This document shows, piece after piece, positions 11,907 through 27,650 of a stretch of DNA of 64,000 bases. The position numbers and the translations under genes were made by a program. A model generated the notes under the pieces. It searched no databases, was not told the DNA's origin, and saw only the letters and a program-made list of their open reading frames with translations. The DNA lies in contig NW_026782001.1 in the NCBI RefSeq assembly GCF_031769215.1, forward strand, positions 1,426,001 through 1,490,000, in the 5' to 3' direction. The first letter of the stretch is position 1, and every line of letters begins with the position of its first letter. The DNA comes from Ylistrum balloti. Its lineage: Eukaryota.

Positions 11907-14900
11907 ATGAGTCTAGCCTGTCTGGTGTGTCTGCGCAGACGCCTGTATCTACTTCCGCTCATCACGACAATATGGATTATCATGTCACTATTCGTATCGT
12001 AAGTCGTTTTAAACATTCATTTCAGTTTTTTGTTATATCGTTTGTCTCCTTTTAAAAGATAAAAAAAGAAACAGAGACGAGAAAGGCAAAACAAAACGAA
12101 AAAAGAAGAAAGTTAGAATTATTGACCGCGCTAGTAAACTGCAATGTATAACAGCGAACAGTATTATTTTTTCAGAGACCTGTACATCTCATATTAAGGT
12201 ATTGCGGTGAGCAAGCTGTTTGTTGTATAGATCGTATAATGCAGATATAACTAAGTTTATATATTATACTAATCATTTTCCAACAATATATTAGAATGCC
12301 ACCTGTGTTTAAGTGAACATTTCATGTTTATTCTATGCAAACAAGTGAGTGCAAATTTTAACTGAATAAGCGTAGTATTAATTAACTATCATATCTACCA
12401 TGTGTATATAATGGAAAGTCTGTAATGTATTGAAGACTACAATCAATACAAACCTCATATAGAACAGGATCTCATCGGTACTTTTGTGATCTTTTCTTTT
12501 TCTTTTGAAATGTGGCACCTGTTCCGATCTAACATACACTGCACGTGGTGATACTTAATCTTATTTCAAATATGCACCAAAATTAATATTGTAGTGAGTC
12601 ATTTTACACTTTGGTAAATGGATATTAGTTTAGGCGATTTTTCCTCTAATTCCAAGCATGATTTCCAAATTATAAGATCGCCATCACTCAACAGCTCTAG
12701 TAAGACGTAACTGATATAGTGATGCAGTTTGATTGTTTTTTCTATTATATTGCTTATGATACGTGTACGTATATTAAATAATGCTGTTTCATTGGTAATT
12801 CAGTAGTATGTAGTGAATGATTTTCACCAGGTTTGTATATTTACATGTAGACGAGGTCAAGGTTGTAGATAATCAATTACATGCATGTACCTGTATATAT
12901 ACATATGTTCTGGAAATAATCTCACGGGGGAGAATACAAATATTTAACAAACGGTTTCATAAAGCCAATACGACAGGACCTCACGGGGGAAATAGCTGGA
13001 CAAGATAGCGAGTTAAGAGTGGGGGTTTGGGAAGGGGGAATACTGATTCGGTAATTGAAGTGTGTAGCTATGGGAGAGAGAAGTGGGGGTGACATTTCCA
13101 TCATAAATATATATACATGTACATTCTTTTATTTGTAGATATGGAATAGCTGTAGGTTATGGTCACACCGAGCCAGATTTCCCTTATATCAGGTAATGAT
13201 TTATACCAAGTTATCATTCTGTCGGATTCTAAAAAAAAAGTCACCAACGAATTAAAAATGTTTAACAATTTGTTAAATATTTCAGATTTCATCGTGTCAT
13301 GTACACACTTTTAAATCATGATAGGAAAAGTTGTATACAGGATCTAACATACTGCTATAACAAATATATAAAGTGCCATTGTTATTTCTTCATCTAGTCA
13401 CACAGCAATAGAAGCACCAGAACGTTGTGTCTTTGGTCAACTGGTCAATATAGGAGCAGTCATGCGTGAGTTACCGTTTTATATATTTTTTTCTTATTCA
13501 TTGTTTGTGTAAAATGAATAAAAACACAAACAAATAGATAACTGCAACTGGAATGTTGACCGGATGTTAACCCGATGGGTGAGGATATTCCAATTAAATT
13601 AAATTAATTTAAAGTCCCCCCTCCCCTTCCTTTCTTATTTTACCTTATCTTTTTCAGTATCACAGTATGAAAGCAATTCCGATGCATTCCAACAATTACT
13701 TGTAAATCTGCCGTGAAATGTTTCTAGCGGTCCGTTTTCGTTGGTTTAACGTGACATTTCTAGGCTTCCTAACAGAAATTTACAGGATCAGATCTAGAGC
13801 AATATGTCAATATTTCTGTAGGACCACGTCTGTATACGTAATAATAATTGATACACGTGATGCTGTGGAGTGTCCCCTTCTCTCTATTGACGTTTTAAGA
13901 GGCCGTACAAGTTTCTAATGGACAAACCAGAAAGATATTAGAACAGACACAATTAACAGGCTATATTAGGAATAGAAAGCCACGTAAAGTTGTATATTCA
14001 ATAAATTTGTTGAAAAAGAGGGTTCCGTAAAATGAAATATCAGTTTGGTCTTCATTTTTTCAAATTAAGGTGAACTATATATGTCTTTACTATTAAGGAC
14101 AATGTTAATGTAACAGTCTTCACCTACTTAAGGATTGTGTACAAAAGGAATCTCGTAAAGAAAAAGACACGACCTTTTTGACATTTCAGTATATGTTGTG
14201 ATAGTTGCCTGGGTATCACAAGTAAGCCATATCTAATATCGAGAATGCTATATATAGACGTTTTGTCAGGTTGTCAGTTGTCAAATTATCTGATCTGTAA
14301 GTGGTCCGATGAAGAAAAATTACACTGGAATGTGGTCAATCTATAATCTATCAACTCCATTTTGTATGTATATAGATGTGTCCTATGAAAAGGAAACGAA
14401 AACAAGATTTTTTCGTTTAAAGTGTCGTCGTTACCTATTGCTATTTTAAACAGGAATCGGTTCTACAGATTAACTTAACTTTTTTTCTTTTGATAATTGT
14501 ACTTGTGTTTGATGGCTTTTATTAGTTGAAATAACTCTTGCTTAAACTTTACCAGCAAAAGCAAATTTGTCGAAACCAAACTCGTTCGTGAATAGATATT
14601 TTCGGAGAATGTATGAGATTTTTGACGAGTTAGACACTGAGAGGGAGTTCTGATTTACAGAAGTGCTGTAGATAACCCCCCCCCCCCCCCCCCCCCCCCT
14701 TGATTTTGTAGTCCTGAATGTGTTAAATATTCCAATTCAGTCCCTCGCCAGGAATCCTAAGTACTAGCACAGTGTATTTAATACCCTGTCGTCTGCTTGA
14801 AACACGATCAGGTTGCCTAAGATCCATTGTAATTAGTTGTCGAAACTCTATATACTCAATTCGCGCTTATTTTTGGAGTATAACACTGATGATATCAAGG

Positions 14901-17900
14901 GTTATCTGCAAAGTTGAAAAAAGGAACATTAGATTTAAATTTATTTTCAAAAACAGCAAAATGCTATTCGCAGCTTTTAATGAATTCTTTCGTAGATTTA
15001 TACTCTTCGAGGTTTCCCGAGGTCTGTAAGAAACTCAAGGTTACAACGTAACTAGATAATTAATTCGGATGAGCAGACGTGAAGTATGTATGTTCAGAAA
15101 CCGTATCTCAGGGTCACAGGCTAATGTCAGATCGTTTTTCTGTAATACTCGAAATTAGATTATCGAAGATTGTCGAGATCAAGGAAGTAAAGAGTACCCA
15201 ATATATACTTAATATGGCTACAATGAATATCGTTCTAAAGATTGATATTAAATATGTATTTATTTCTTACACCTATTGATATGGATGGCCACCTAAATCG
15301 TGTTTATTAATAACGAAACACAGTAAAATTGAAACAAACATGTTAAGACAAATGGTCTGTTCTTGCCTACATAATCATATATGACTTTGTTTTTACAATC
15401 AATTTTGATTTACCCAATATCACTGCACAGGAATGTATATCGTATGTTTATTATTTATTTTGTAATACTTCACTTAAGTGTAATTAAATATGGTTAATTT
15501 CACTTAATTGAAATGTTGAGTTTCGTATTTTATAGAACTTGTATAGATGCTTCTGATAACTGACAAGAAATACACAGTTAACGAAGATGACATCAGAATC
15601 TGATAAATTCTCATGAACTTGATTCTGAATATAACAATTAAGATTCAATCATTATTTATTGCAGTCGTGATGAACGTGCTTGTTAGATATCTATTCCTGA
15701 AGGAAATATTCAAGCACAAGAAAATGCAAAATGTGCAGCAGTGGCAGAATGGCAACATTGCTGGTGTAGTAATCGGGGTCTTATCAGCGCTTGGAATGAG
15801 TATGGTTGCAAACTTCCAGGTAACGCAGATTTTGTATATTTAGTATATAATCATTTAACTTACTTTGAACAAGTGTTAAGACCGATATGAAATGTATTAT
15901 ATGAGGAAATAATCATTTTTAAATTAAAGAATATGTTATCTTTGACACATCTAGATCTTATGTGGAACACATATATCCGTAAAGTATTTCCAAAACCACA
16001 AGTCGATTACCAATTGAAGTGTTCTGTTTGATTTATGCCAGAACTACTTATAAACATGGTTGGGATTTTGAAAATGATGGTCGCTTTTTAAGTATTGCTA
16101 TTATCAAGTTTACATAAATGATGAAAGTTCTGCAAACTCAATGAGAACCATTTCATTAAGATCCGATTACCATTTTAAACACTGAATAATTAATAATGAC
16201 AAAATGTTCATTACCTGTAAAAAAAAACACAAAATTTGATGATGCTTTTTAGTTCAACGATTCCAGACATGTTGAAATTGATGAGTCAGATGGATCAATT
16301 ATTTCAAATGCTGGTAGGCTGCAGGAAACAGAGATGATAAATTGAATTTTATTGTTGTCTCGTGTTCTTTTACGTTGATAAAATTTCCATTAAAATGGTA
16401 CAAATTCACCATGCCTCAAGGGAATTTGTAGTCAAGTGTGCTGCCAAGTAAGGCTGTTTGCTAACATCGAAGTAATTTTTGCATGTATTTTTTTAAATCA
16501 GAAAATTGTTATCTCCCTAATTTCTCAGTAAGAATGAAGAATTCAGATTTATCATCCATCAGCCTAAGAGATCCTTTACTCATTATTGTTTGCTTTATAA
16601 GAAGCTGTCTTTTGAAAGGAGATTTTTAACGAAATTAAGATGCGATTAACATATAGCATCGACACAGTTTATACAATGTATCACGTAAGCACAACCTTTA
16701 TATATCGTTAAATTTTGATATCTAAAATGTTTTGTGCAATTGATCATTTCTTGTTTGTGGAGGGTATCGTCTGACAACTACTTTAATTGCATGTTTTAAG
16801 TAACAATTTGATTTAAATGGCAAATTGTTTTTTTACTGTACTTGAAGCTGTATTTAGTTGCTGGTTTTTCTGCTTTGTAATTATTGCTCTCATTTTTTTT
16901 CACACTTATTATCGTTCTTATTTCTTTTCTACATAGACGGAAGTACAGAGGGGTCCACACTACGCAGGCGCAGGTCTAGCCTTCGTCATGGGTACATCCT
17001 ACACGTGGCTGCAGACGCACATCACGTGGCGTTTACGTCGAGAAGGTCTTGGGAACAAGTTTTTGGCCGCAGTGCGATTCGTCAACTGCTTTTTACTCAC
17101 GTGCTTCCTAATAATTTGTATCCTTTATGAAGATTCACATATGAAAAATGACATTTTTCTGACGTTATAACCGATAACTTCCGGTGTGGTTTAGATAACA
17201 TATCGTAGGGATATCTACATCGCCTAAAATGTTACTCTGCACGTGCCTTATGTTTGTTATAGTCGATCCTTTGTGATTAACATGTCTAGTGGTATACAAA
17301 GTTCCATTGTCATTCGACACCTGGAAGTTCCCTACAACATCTTGTATATACTTCAACTAATATCGAGTATTGGATAAGAAAATCTAATATTAATCTATTA
17401 TGCCATCACGTACGACATCTCTTTGTTTTTCATGTATAATATCAGTATGAAACAAATAAAAATGGAAGTTAAGTATCTTCTGATTAGTATTGGACTAGAA
17501 TGTCTAAGATTGGTAGTTCCTCTCACGTGTGACGCCCCAGTGTTTCTAGTAGTCTAGTATGGGACTAGAATATTTAAGCAGCTCTATTTACGTGTGACGC
17601 CCCAGTGTTTCTAGTAGTCTAGTATGGGACTAGAATATTTAAGCAGCTCTATTTACGTGTGACGCCCCAGTGTTTCTAGTAGTCTAGTATGGGACGAGAA
17701 TATTTAAGCAGCTCTATTTACGTGTGACGCCCCAGTGTTTCTAGTAGTCTAGTATGGGACGAGAATATTTAAGCAGCTCTATTTACGAATGACGCCCTGG
17801 TGTTTCTAGTAGTCTAGTATGGGACGAGAATATTTAAGTAGCTCTATTTACGTGTGACGCCCTAGTGTTTCTAGAAGTCTAGTATGGGACGAGAATATAT

Positions 17901-20900
17901 AAGTAGCTCTATTTACGTGTGACGCCCCAGTGTTTCTAGTAGTCTAGTATTGGACGAGAATATTTAAGTAGCTCTATTTACGTGTGACGCCCTAGTGTTT
18001 CTAGAAGTCTAGTATGGGACGAGGATATATAAGTAGCTCTATTTACGTGTGACGCCCCAGTGTTTCTAGTAGTCTAGTATGGGACGAGAATATTTAAGTA
18101 GTCCTATTTACGTGTGACGCCCCAGTGTTTCTAGTAGTCTAGTATGGGACGAGAATATTTAAGTAGCTCTATTTACGTGTGACGCCCCAGTGTTTCTAGT
18201 AGTCTAGTATGGGACGAGGATATTTAAGTAGTCCTATTTACGTGTGACGCCCAAGTGTTTCTAGTAGTCTAGTATGGGACGAGAATATTTAAGTAGCTCT
18301 ATTTACGTGTGACACCCCAGTGTTTCTAGTAGTCTAGTATGGGACGAGAATATTTAAGTAGTTCTATTTACGTGTTTCTACTATTAAAATATTGGACGAG
18401 AATTCCTATCAGTCAATTACTGAACTTCGAAATCTAGCACTACATCTCATAGTTTTTACTGGAAATTTCTTGTAGTTTGTCATTAAGTTATTGTAATGTT
18501 TAACTGCTGTAATCAAACATCGAACTCAGATTATGTACAACGTATTCTGTGTAGCACATTCAGATATTTAAATGTGTTGCCATATAGAACCTAGTCCTCG
18601 ACCCTACTGCCTTTGTACTATAGTTGAGTATAGATATTTGTGTGTATTTTTGAGAGCAATTAGTGGAAATACATATTCAGTGACATGTTAAGTAGATTGT
18701 TAATCACAAGACGGAGTAGATACTGACTGACAATGATGATAAAGCATCTCAGTAGCAAACATTACAGAAAATGTTAATTTAGTGTAAACACTTTGAACGT
18801 GATCAGAAATCTTCAGCGTGGATATTTTAATATCTTTTATCACACTTGAAATTTTATCAAATTATACATTTAGTTTCTTTAACATTTCACAGTCACTATA
18901 TCGAAAACCTATTACAAAATAAAGGAGTACCGTGGCGAGGGTACAAAATACGTAAGTGTTTTTACCTGCATGTAATATCAAATATACAGTGTATGAATTT
19001 TATGGAAGTTATGTCAGCGTTGAAACATAGTTTATTAAAAGTTATCTCCCTTGGTATAAAGAAATAGACGCCGGCATGTGATTGACATAATGCATTGAAT
19101 CTTATCTGTCCAATATATCTCATAATGGAAGAAAATGTCTGAAAAGGAAGTGCTGATTGAATCAGCATGGTAATACATAATAAGGTGAGGTATTAGATAA
19201 TAAAACTACATGTTAATTCCTTTGCTGTACAAAGGCTAGTCATGATCAGGCTCTTCAACACACTTTACTATCTCTTATTTTTCCCCTTTCTCTCAGTTTT
19301 ATAACTTGATTTACTTTCTCTGGCCTCCGTGACACGTTTGCAGTATGCGCAGTTTCTATCGTGAGCACTCTCGTGCTGTTTTATCATTGAAGGACCGATA
19401 CGGGTCTCTCTAGAACGCGATGTCTTTTGACGTGTAATACCAGGAAGATAACAAGCTTCAATACTTAGACGTTGTAATTTACTCTCAAGGGTCGGTTAAG
19501 GAAGATTTCTGTTTTATCCGTGTTTTAGATTATGTCATGCAAACATAACTGAAACACGTAACTGGTGTCAGATCACATTGAGTAACACACGTACACTCGT
19601 ACTTTAACCATTGATACCTTTTCAGAAAATGAGGCATTTTACACTCTGAACCTATACATTGGATTTCACTTTTAAGACATCAACCCTTATTATCCCCAGC
19701 TAAACTAAATTATACACTCTTTACCTTAATCCTGTGGCCAAAAATTCGATTAACGACAAATTCCACGCATATTTGATGTGGCTGCCGTTTCTTGATAGAC
19801 TGATTTCTTTAATCACTCTATGATAAATCTTTCTGCATATTATCTTGTGAAGGAATAATCAGATTTTTGGAAGCTTGCTTTGTAGGCTTGTTACCTTAAT
19901 TCCTTGTTCAAGTTTGGTTATCGGCAAATTCTGCGCATATTTACATGTAATTAGGCTGCTGTGACCTGAATGGCTGTTATCTTATTCAATTTTCCATGTT
20001 GCTCACTTTAAATGTATACATTTTACAAATGAACATGGGCGGGGGAGGGGGTGTCTTGATGACCATGTCCTTGTTTATACTTATATGCACATGTTTGTCT
20101 CTTGTAAAATGTTAAAGATTGCAGGTGGTAGACACTGTTTGTGGTCTTCAAGTCCCGAAGTTTGTAGTAACCTGTATGCCACGTTTTGATTTCTTCAAAC
20201 AAAGACACAGTTCATAATATACACACGTATTTGACGTTCTTCTAAACTTATCAGATATAAGTCTTGATTTTGACATTTGTATAACCGTTGTATTTAACAA
20301 TGCTATCCTTTTGTTTTAAATATATCGATCACTAATGTCATGTAGTACTTTTCACACCCAATATTTCCCTGTAAACGGAAGTTAGCGTTCATCATGTGGA
20401 TTAAAGTCAATCACTCATACGTCCGGTATACAGTCAATAATTTCTTGTGAGGAAACAGGATCTTCCTTACTCTCCATGGCTGTAGTGTTTCTTCAATATA
20501 TCGCTATTACGTCCGGGATTAACTATCATCGTTCATAGCAAAACAAAACAACAGGGATCGTATCTAAAGTACACGTGCGGGTTACTAACCATGTACATGC
20601 CGTTTCGCTTTTTATTAGATAATTAACAAATAAATAACTTTCTCCATTAAAATTGAAATAGCATCGCAACAATATATATAATATTAATTATTTCATACCA
20701 CTTTGATGTCATTGCTAATTTGATACTGATGAAAAACAATTCGTCGCGTTGTTTAGTGTCTAAATTATCTATGCTCCGTCTTTATTTTTCACCGTTCCTA
20801 TATCGATACGCGGCCAGTCTTTATAGTTATAAGAGAGTGTCATTGTATATATGATATGTCCTTTATAATTTTCTATATTGTGTTGTACCGTCAATGACAT

Positions 20901-21531
20901 GCCTGACAGTGTGTTTTGGGATACATACAACATTTTTAAGTTTACATATACATGTATCTGTACATTAACCTAGTTTTATATGTCCTACAGGATACGCTAA
21001 GAGGGGTCTATCTCACCTCTACCATTTCCGAGTGGCTAGTCGCTGGCTCCATTCTGGCTTATACACTCTCCTTCACATGGGACTTCCGGTCAATCGTCCT
21101 TGAAAGTCCGAAGGTGAAGTTAAATTTCCAACAATTAGAAAATGTAAGTAGAAAAGTTAAATATTTGAAGTTTCATTATTAAATATTACATATTAAGTTG
21201 TGGTTATTTGTTGCGTGCTATGAACTAATGATAACATTTCAAATTATGAGAGTGTGTATTGAGTTTTATTTAAAATCATTAGTTTAGAAGGAAGAATGGC
21301 TGTCAGGGTGTAAGGTAATTTGAACTTGCATTAAAAGAAAGAAATATTCTGACTTATAGAAATAAAAATAAGCGATGCAATACATTTTAAAGATGTCATA
21401 AATATCGATATGTTGATGTTAGTAGACATGGAATTGTTATAATTGCTATATGATTCCCTTATCAGGGTAATAATAATAACAGAGCCTCGGCGGAAATGGA
21501 ATCGAGACAAAGGGGAACAACTCCAGTGTGA
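11907..21531 (+). CDS. DRAM: DRAM/TMEM150 (Frag1/DRAM/Sfk1) family multipass membrane protein, paralog 1, 275 aa, 8 coding exons
   Basis: Exons 11907-11998, 13139-13192, 13398-13465, 15665-15819, 16937-17117, 18893-18951, 20991-21143, 21466-21531. All junctions are GT-AG and phase-compatible (828 nt). Family motifs: YGIAVGYGHTEPDFPYISHTAIEAPERCVFG, LGMSMVANFQ, PHYAGAGLAF, STISEWL. About six hydrophobic segments. The symbol is family-level; orthology was not tested. Confidence 0.92.
14676..14699. repeat. Poly-C tract (24 C) in intron 3 of DRAM paralog 1
   Basis: Homopolymer seen directly. Confidence 0.9.
17118..18892 (+). other. U12-type (minor spliceosome) GT-AG intron of DRAM paralog 1
   Basis: 5' splice site GTATCCTTT (17118-17126) is the U12 consensus. 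Branch point TTTCTTTAAC (18874-18883) lies 9 nt before the end of the CAG acceptor. The flanking exons join in phase 1. Confidence 0.88.
17485..18403. repeat. 65-bp minisatellite, about 13.5 copies, inside the U12 intron
   Basis: Unit TTACGTGTGACGCCCCAGTGTTTCTAGTAGTCTAGTATGGGACGAGAATATTTAAGCAGCTCTAT. CGTGTGAC recurs at 17526, 17591, 17656 and onward. Confidence 0.97.
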
Positions 21532-24500
21532 TGCGGACGCTCACGGGTCGAGACCGGAAATCCGTTCACGAGTCTTTCAGATAGTATCCAGGACAAAGAC
21601 AGCTGTCCGGCTTGGCTTGCCTCACCAAGGGCAGCTTTCAGCGATACAAGTGCCAACGACATATATTTAACATTCAAACTCCGTTGTAAAAACGGGAATG
21701 GTTTCTCCTGTACTAAAGGAAGCAGAAATATGCATTCGATATTGAATCGGAAAGTGCTGCTATAGTGTGCATCAATGATAGACAAACATTAAAAGGAAAC
21801 CTATGAAAGTGATATATATTTCACAAATTTATAAATTGACTATTAATTAGGTATTCACGACAAGTTTACCTTCTGCCGTAAACAATTCTTCAAACTTAAA
21901 AGTGTATACAGGTGTTTTTTTACAATCAGCTCCAAGTTTTACCTTGAGTTCAAATAGATATTGTCAAGGAGTTTTGGACACATCTCTAGTACAATCCTGA
22001 GCGCGTGCAAATTTAGCGACCGTGTCAGTAAATATGATGGGAACAAGTACACATACAATGAGTTACGGGTTGGCTACAATTTATTTTCATGGCAGTGGTC
22101 TGATCAGTGTGCCATGTGGATGTGTTTTTACAAACACCGTCTAATGTAATGCATTGACTATGTGTTTAATGTCGTGGGTTTCGTGGTTAAATTATTAAAT
22201 GTACCAGTGTGTACAATATCGATATTTTCAGATGTCTAATTAATCAAGCATGAGCATTCTGAAAATATGTACAAACTAAACTACATACGTCTAAAGTTTG
22301 GAAAATTATAGCACATCTTTGTTTTGAGTACTGTAAAATCATATATTTTCTTGGGGCTTAAAATTTTCATGGTTAAAAAATCTCGGATACTTGATTTCGT
22401 GGATGAATACAACTGAATTGATCTATTTTCATATGTCATACTCATTTCATAAGTTCGTGGACAAGGAGTATTCATGACATCAAGGAAAATAAATTCCCAA
22501 CGAAAATTAATGATCCTACAGTGTTTGATCATAAAGGAAAAAACGTCACCCTCCTGGTAGACAAATGATGGGAGAATCGATGGCGGTATCAAAGGAAACA
22601 GATTAATGAAATAACACTCTCCTGTAACAAAATATGTTTATATTCATTTACCTTTTCAATCATCGATGTTTACTGTGTGTGAGAATGCTGTTTGAGTAAA
22701 AGGTCAAGAACGAGAGAGAAAACGGAGGACTGAAACATTTTGTCAATTTTATCATTTGCGAGTCCGAATAGATTCGATTTTCATTTTAATTTTTGTATAT
22801 TAATATAATTATACTTTAAGTTGACAGTAAAGAGAGAAAGACTGAGAGAGGAAAATGATTTCATTAGTGTTTAGTTTAAATATAACTTGGAGAAAGGATA
22901 ATATATTTGTTTATTTATTTTTGTCTTTTTTACTTCTATATGTATCATGATTATTGTCTCATATGAATCTAACGAACCAGCCTAAGGTTGTGAACGTTTT
23001 AAATGATAAAAGTCTAGTCATTGGATAATGACCTTTTATGGTTTATTGTACATGTATTTGATGGTAGATTCTAAGACGTAAAATTCAACAAGTTTTGGCT
23101 GTGCTTTTAGTAAAACAACGTAAATAATCGTTGAAAATAACGTTAATTTATCTTTAGGAAAATTAAAAGGAAAATCGCCGAATAAGCTTTAACGACCTTT
23201 GCTTTGAGCAAAAATAAGAAACCTAAAGTAAAAAAAAATCTTGTACAAATTCTGGCTTGGAACTTTGGTTTCTTAATTGTACGAACATAATAACGTTCGT
23301 TCTCTAACGGACGGACAATTAGGAATACCACATGATCGTCTTTTAAGTACAGTCAATTTGTCAACGTACATTGAACATGTACACGTAGGTATAAGTCAAG
23401 GAGAAAGGTTATGTTGTGTTTACAGTCTTAAAAGATACATCTTAAATTGTATGAATTGTGAATATGTTTCTGATGTTATTAGCAATCAATAACACGAAGA
23501 AACATTTTCAGTCCTGTCATTTTGATATTACATGTTCAAGGAAAGATTATTTCATTTTTCATGTGGTATATAGAAAATTATTGTTCGAACTCTGGATTAG
23601 GGTTTGGAATATATGATAAATTTCTGATCTGGTGACGTTAAAGAATTCATTTTAATATTTGAGGCCTGTGGGTGTCCTTGTTATTTAAATATTGATATAT
23701 ATGTAATACTGCGAGAACATTTAATATATACTATAGGGTGAAGATACGCGAGTGGTGAAGGGCAGACAATTAAAAAAAAGAAAGCCCATTTTTACAAACA
23801 AATAAAACAATGAAGCTGGAGAAAAAGACAGAAGACTCACGGTTCTACACCTCTAACAAAAGCCACACCATTCAATCGCGGAGAACTTTTATAATTTCTG
23901 TTTTTGTTACAAGTATAGATAATAGGTGATAATTTTAACCAAGGTCAAACGCATCTTTATAAAGACATACTACGCAACCTTAAAAACCGTGTTTCCATGT
24001 ATATATAAAGAACATATGAGATGAAGCAAATGGGATAATGAGTTGATTTACTGCACGATATTTTTCCACTTATCAAACCCACTTATCTGTTATATTTTTA
24101 ATAGATCTCATTTGGACTGTAGACACAAGTCTTCTGCAGTTGGGTGATTTGCTGTTACGAGAACTACAAAAAACTTCCTTATCGAATATTTATCGTACAC
24201 GTAATTTTCATTTATAAATGTTGTAGTTTGAACTAAACAGAAATTTATGACAAATTCCTATGGATAATTGTACAATTTAGCTTGTAAACAGAACGCTGAT
24301 ATACGTAATACACATAGAAACAAAACGGTGCTGGACAAGGAATGCAATTAACATTTTATTGTAATTTTATTTTGGGAAATGTTTATTTAGAAATAAGATA
24401 TAGCTCATTTTGACGTTGTGAAGGTATTTAATATTTTGTAATTATTGTTGTAATGTATGATTAGTGTGTTTGTATGGTGTTGTAAAGCGTGCGTGTGTTT

Positions 24501-27500
24501 CGACATATTTAAGCATCCGTTTCCCTGGGGGTGTGTAGCCTTATTCATTATCAGAAAATGTTGTAACTATAACTAAATATGTTGTGACACACTCACAGTA
24601 AATTAATAAAATACGTTTTTTAGCGTAAAACACTGCGTTTGTTATATTGAAACATGTATGATTTTTAATATCACAGCTAAGTATAACAGGGCGTATTGAT
24701 AATTCCTTAGATCAAAGTTGTACCTGTTGTAACCATACCACTTTTTGCGTCCTAAGCATGATGTGACAATACGTTTTTGACAATGGTGTAGCGCCTCTGT
24801 CAAAGCTAAAATGGTTATGCCCAAAACAAATAAAAATGTACCAAAATAGTGGTATATTGCATCATTGCTTGACATTTGGCTTGAAATGAATGGCAAGAAC
24901 TGGATGTTTTGCTGCCAGTATGTCAGGTGTCAGTTAACAAATTTTCCCGATCTGTGAATGTTCTTAGTTTTAGACTATGAAAGTTATGACGTCACACATT
25001 TGTTACGTGACACAAATTACAGTGTTACAGAACTAAAAATTTTGCCCACATCTCAACATTTACAATTTCATGTATAGACCTGATAAAAAAAATTAAAGCC
25101 AACCTATGATAATTTGATAAAGTATGCTCCCTCATTTCTCATTCTAGCCCTCTAGAAAACGGAACAAAATGTGACTGCACATACATTTGTATTCCATAGC
25201 TCCGTACAGGAACATTAAATAGGACAAGCTTGGCATAGTTCTCGTTGAAAATGTTCACCATACTTGCTTCAGTGTGTTAGAACAGTGAATGCCCAAAAGG
25301 TGAAACTCCAACCCATCTTATTATTTTTTAATGTTAATCCCTGTGAAGGGATGCACGGGCAAAGTAGTTATGTCTTTCGCTGTATAGCTTCATGCTAATG
25401 TATAATGTATATAAGTAGTGCGAATGATAGGACAAGGCTTTAAACTCATACTACAGTCGTGTTTACTTTAAGGTTTTTGATACAACAAAACGTCAGAAAC
25501 ATTAAAACAGACACTTTGGCCGTTACATCAATACAAAAATACTGATGACCATTATCTTCAATAATTTTATATCAATCGAACTTGATGTATATTAAATCGT
25601 CCATTATTTTCAAGTTTTTGACTTAGACAAACCATATCCATCATTTCCATGCAAGTCTTTCCGCACCGTGAATAATATGAACATGTTCTAGATTTCAAGA
25701 GTTATTGTTAAAACCGAGGATAAATGTTCTTTCAGATGTTCTTTTCTCATTTAGAGAAACAGTGTAGTTGATAATGTAAATTCATCTGGTGTGTAAGCTG
25801 ATATTTGTACTCAAACTACAGAAAACATTATTTAGTTAGCCGATAAACTATTTTAACAGAAAGCGTATTTGTCTCCATTTTCTGCCCTTGATAAAGAAAA
25901 GGTCATATCAGAGTCGAATCTATTTCTCAAAGTAGAGGATAAGAGGATGAAACAAGGATGAAACAAAACATGAACTGTATGGCGGGCTTCTTTATATACA
26001 CCCATTATCAATTGTTTTGACTAGAAAAACCAGAAACATGTTACATGAAGTTGCCCTTCCTGTTGTCCTCAAATATCGTTACATGATCAAACAAATGTTA
26101 CTTCACACTTCATTTATTTATTTTGTACCTTCCCCTAGGTTAGAAGTCGTTTCAGAAATTGATTTGATACTGATGCTTTGCGTCTTCATATTGAAATAAA
26201 AAGTACATATGGATAAAGGAAGACACAATAGAAATGCTATGTATGTTAATCAAAGGGTGTTGTTATTTTTAAATTGAAGAAAATTGTCCTATAATTGACC
26301 AGGACTTTTTCAGTGACCAACAAATGGTTTGTTCAAACTGAAAACCTATACATCGTATGATGAGACATTATTGACAAAAACAATATACATTGAAACACAA
26401 GAAAGCCTGCGAGCTTGTTGGAATTTAGTGATTGCAGCTCTGTGAACAGTATCTTTTGCATGCAATGTTAACTCCCATGCATAATGGATGTAAACATTTA
26501 ACAAATACCTATCATTATATTTACATATATGGTTTCTCTAAATATAACGCTATGATCTATCTTCCTGTATCATATAATGAATCGGTTTACTAACCTATTT
26601 CTAACATATTATATAATATTCCGTAGTTTTACAAAGTATAAGGCTTTCCAGATTTAAAGTATTCTACTTGTCACACCAACGCAAAATGAACATTATCATA
26701 TGACCTAAAGAAATTATTGTTCAGGGAAAAGGTTTTGTCGTCCTACCAGTTAAATGGTACGATAAGAGAGTGTACTTCCGTTTTGTCATATCTGATCCAC
26801 CAATGATAGATTTGTTTATTTCATGACGAAATACATCATAGTTTAACAAGTGTATGATAAATACAATGACACAGAAATAAATCAAAAACGACCAGGAGAA
26901 AATATACGTATGAAAAACTAAGGGGACGAATCTGCAAAGAAAGAAAAAAATCAAAGGCTACGCAAAACAGAATGGAAAATAAGTATATGCTGCGGATAGG
27001 TATTGGATTCCTGAGCTGTCATAGATTAATGGAAATAGGCCCTAATGTTGATATCAACAACGATTGTCTGCTTATTTCATCTTTGTAAGGATTGATAATT
27101 TGGTATTTAATTGTCATTTTAAAATTCGTAGTATCAACACGTTGCTATGATATCACAGCAGTTGTACTTTCATTACCTACGTAAACTAACCACAATTACA
27201 AAATTTATCTGACTACTAACCCCTAAACTTTGGAAAGAACATCTCAACTGCACTTGGCTGATTGTTTATCCATCTTTTGTTTAACGAGGTATATCCAGGA
27301 GATCAACGTTTTCAGTCATCGTTGTGAATTCAAGATTATACAAGGGTCAGTATAAATTGACAAAAGAGCCAAATATTGGATTAGTTGTCAAATCTAAATT
27401 CACTATTCACCACATCAGCTTCCCAAAAAATGGGTATGGGAGGGAGCCACCATGGGGTAGTTATGGGGTTTCAATATTGAATATTAGTTTTTCTCAGTAT

Positions 27501-27650
27501 GACCAAAGTATTCAAATCATCTCTTATAACCTTACTATTCAGGTCGATGATCCATTGAGACCACATTCATTCGCAAGATCAGTATTGTCCATCTTGAAGC
27601 CACATGACCAAGTCATCTGATACAGAATACTTGGAAAACCAAGTGTGAAT

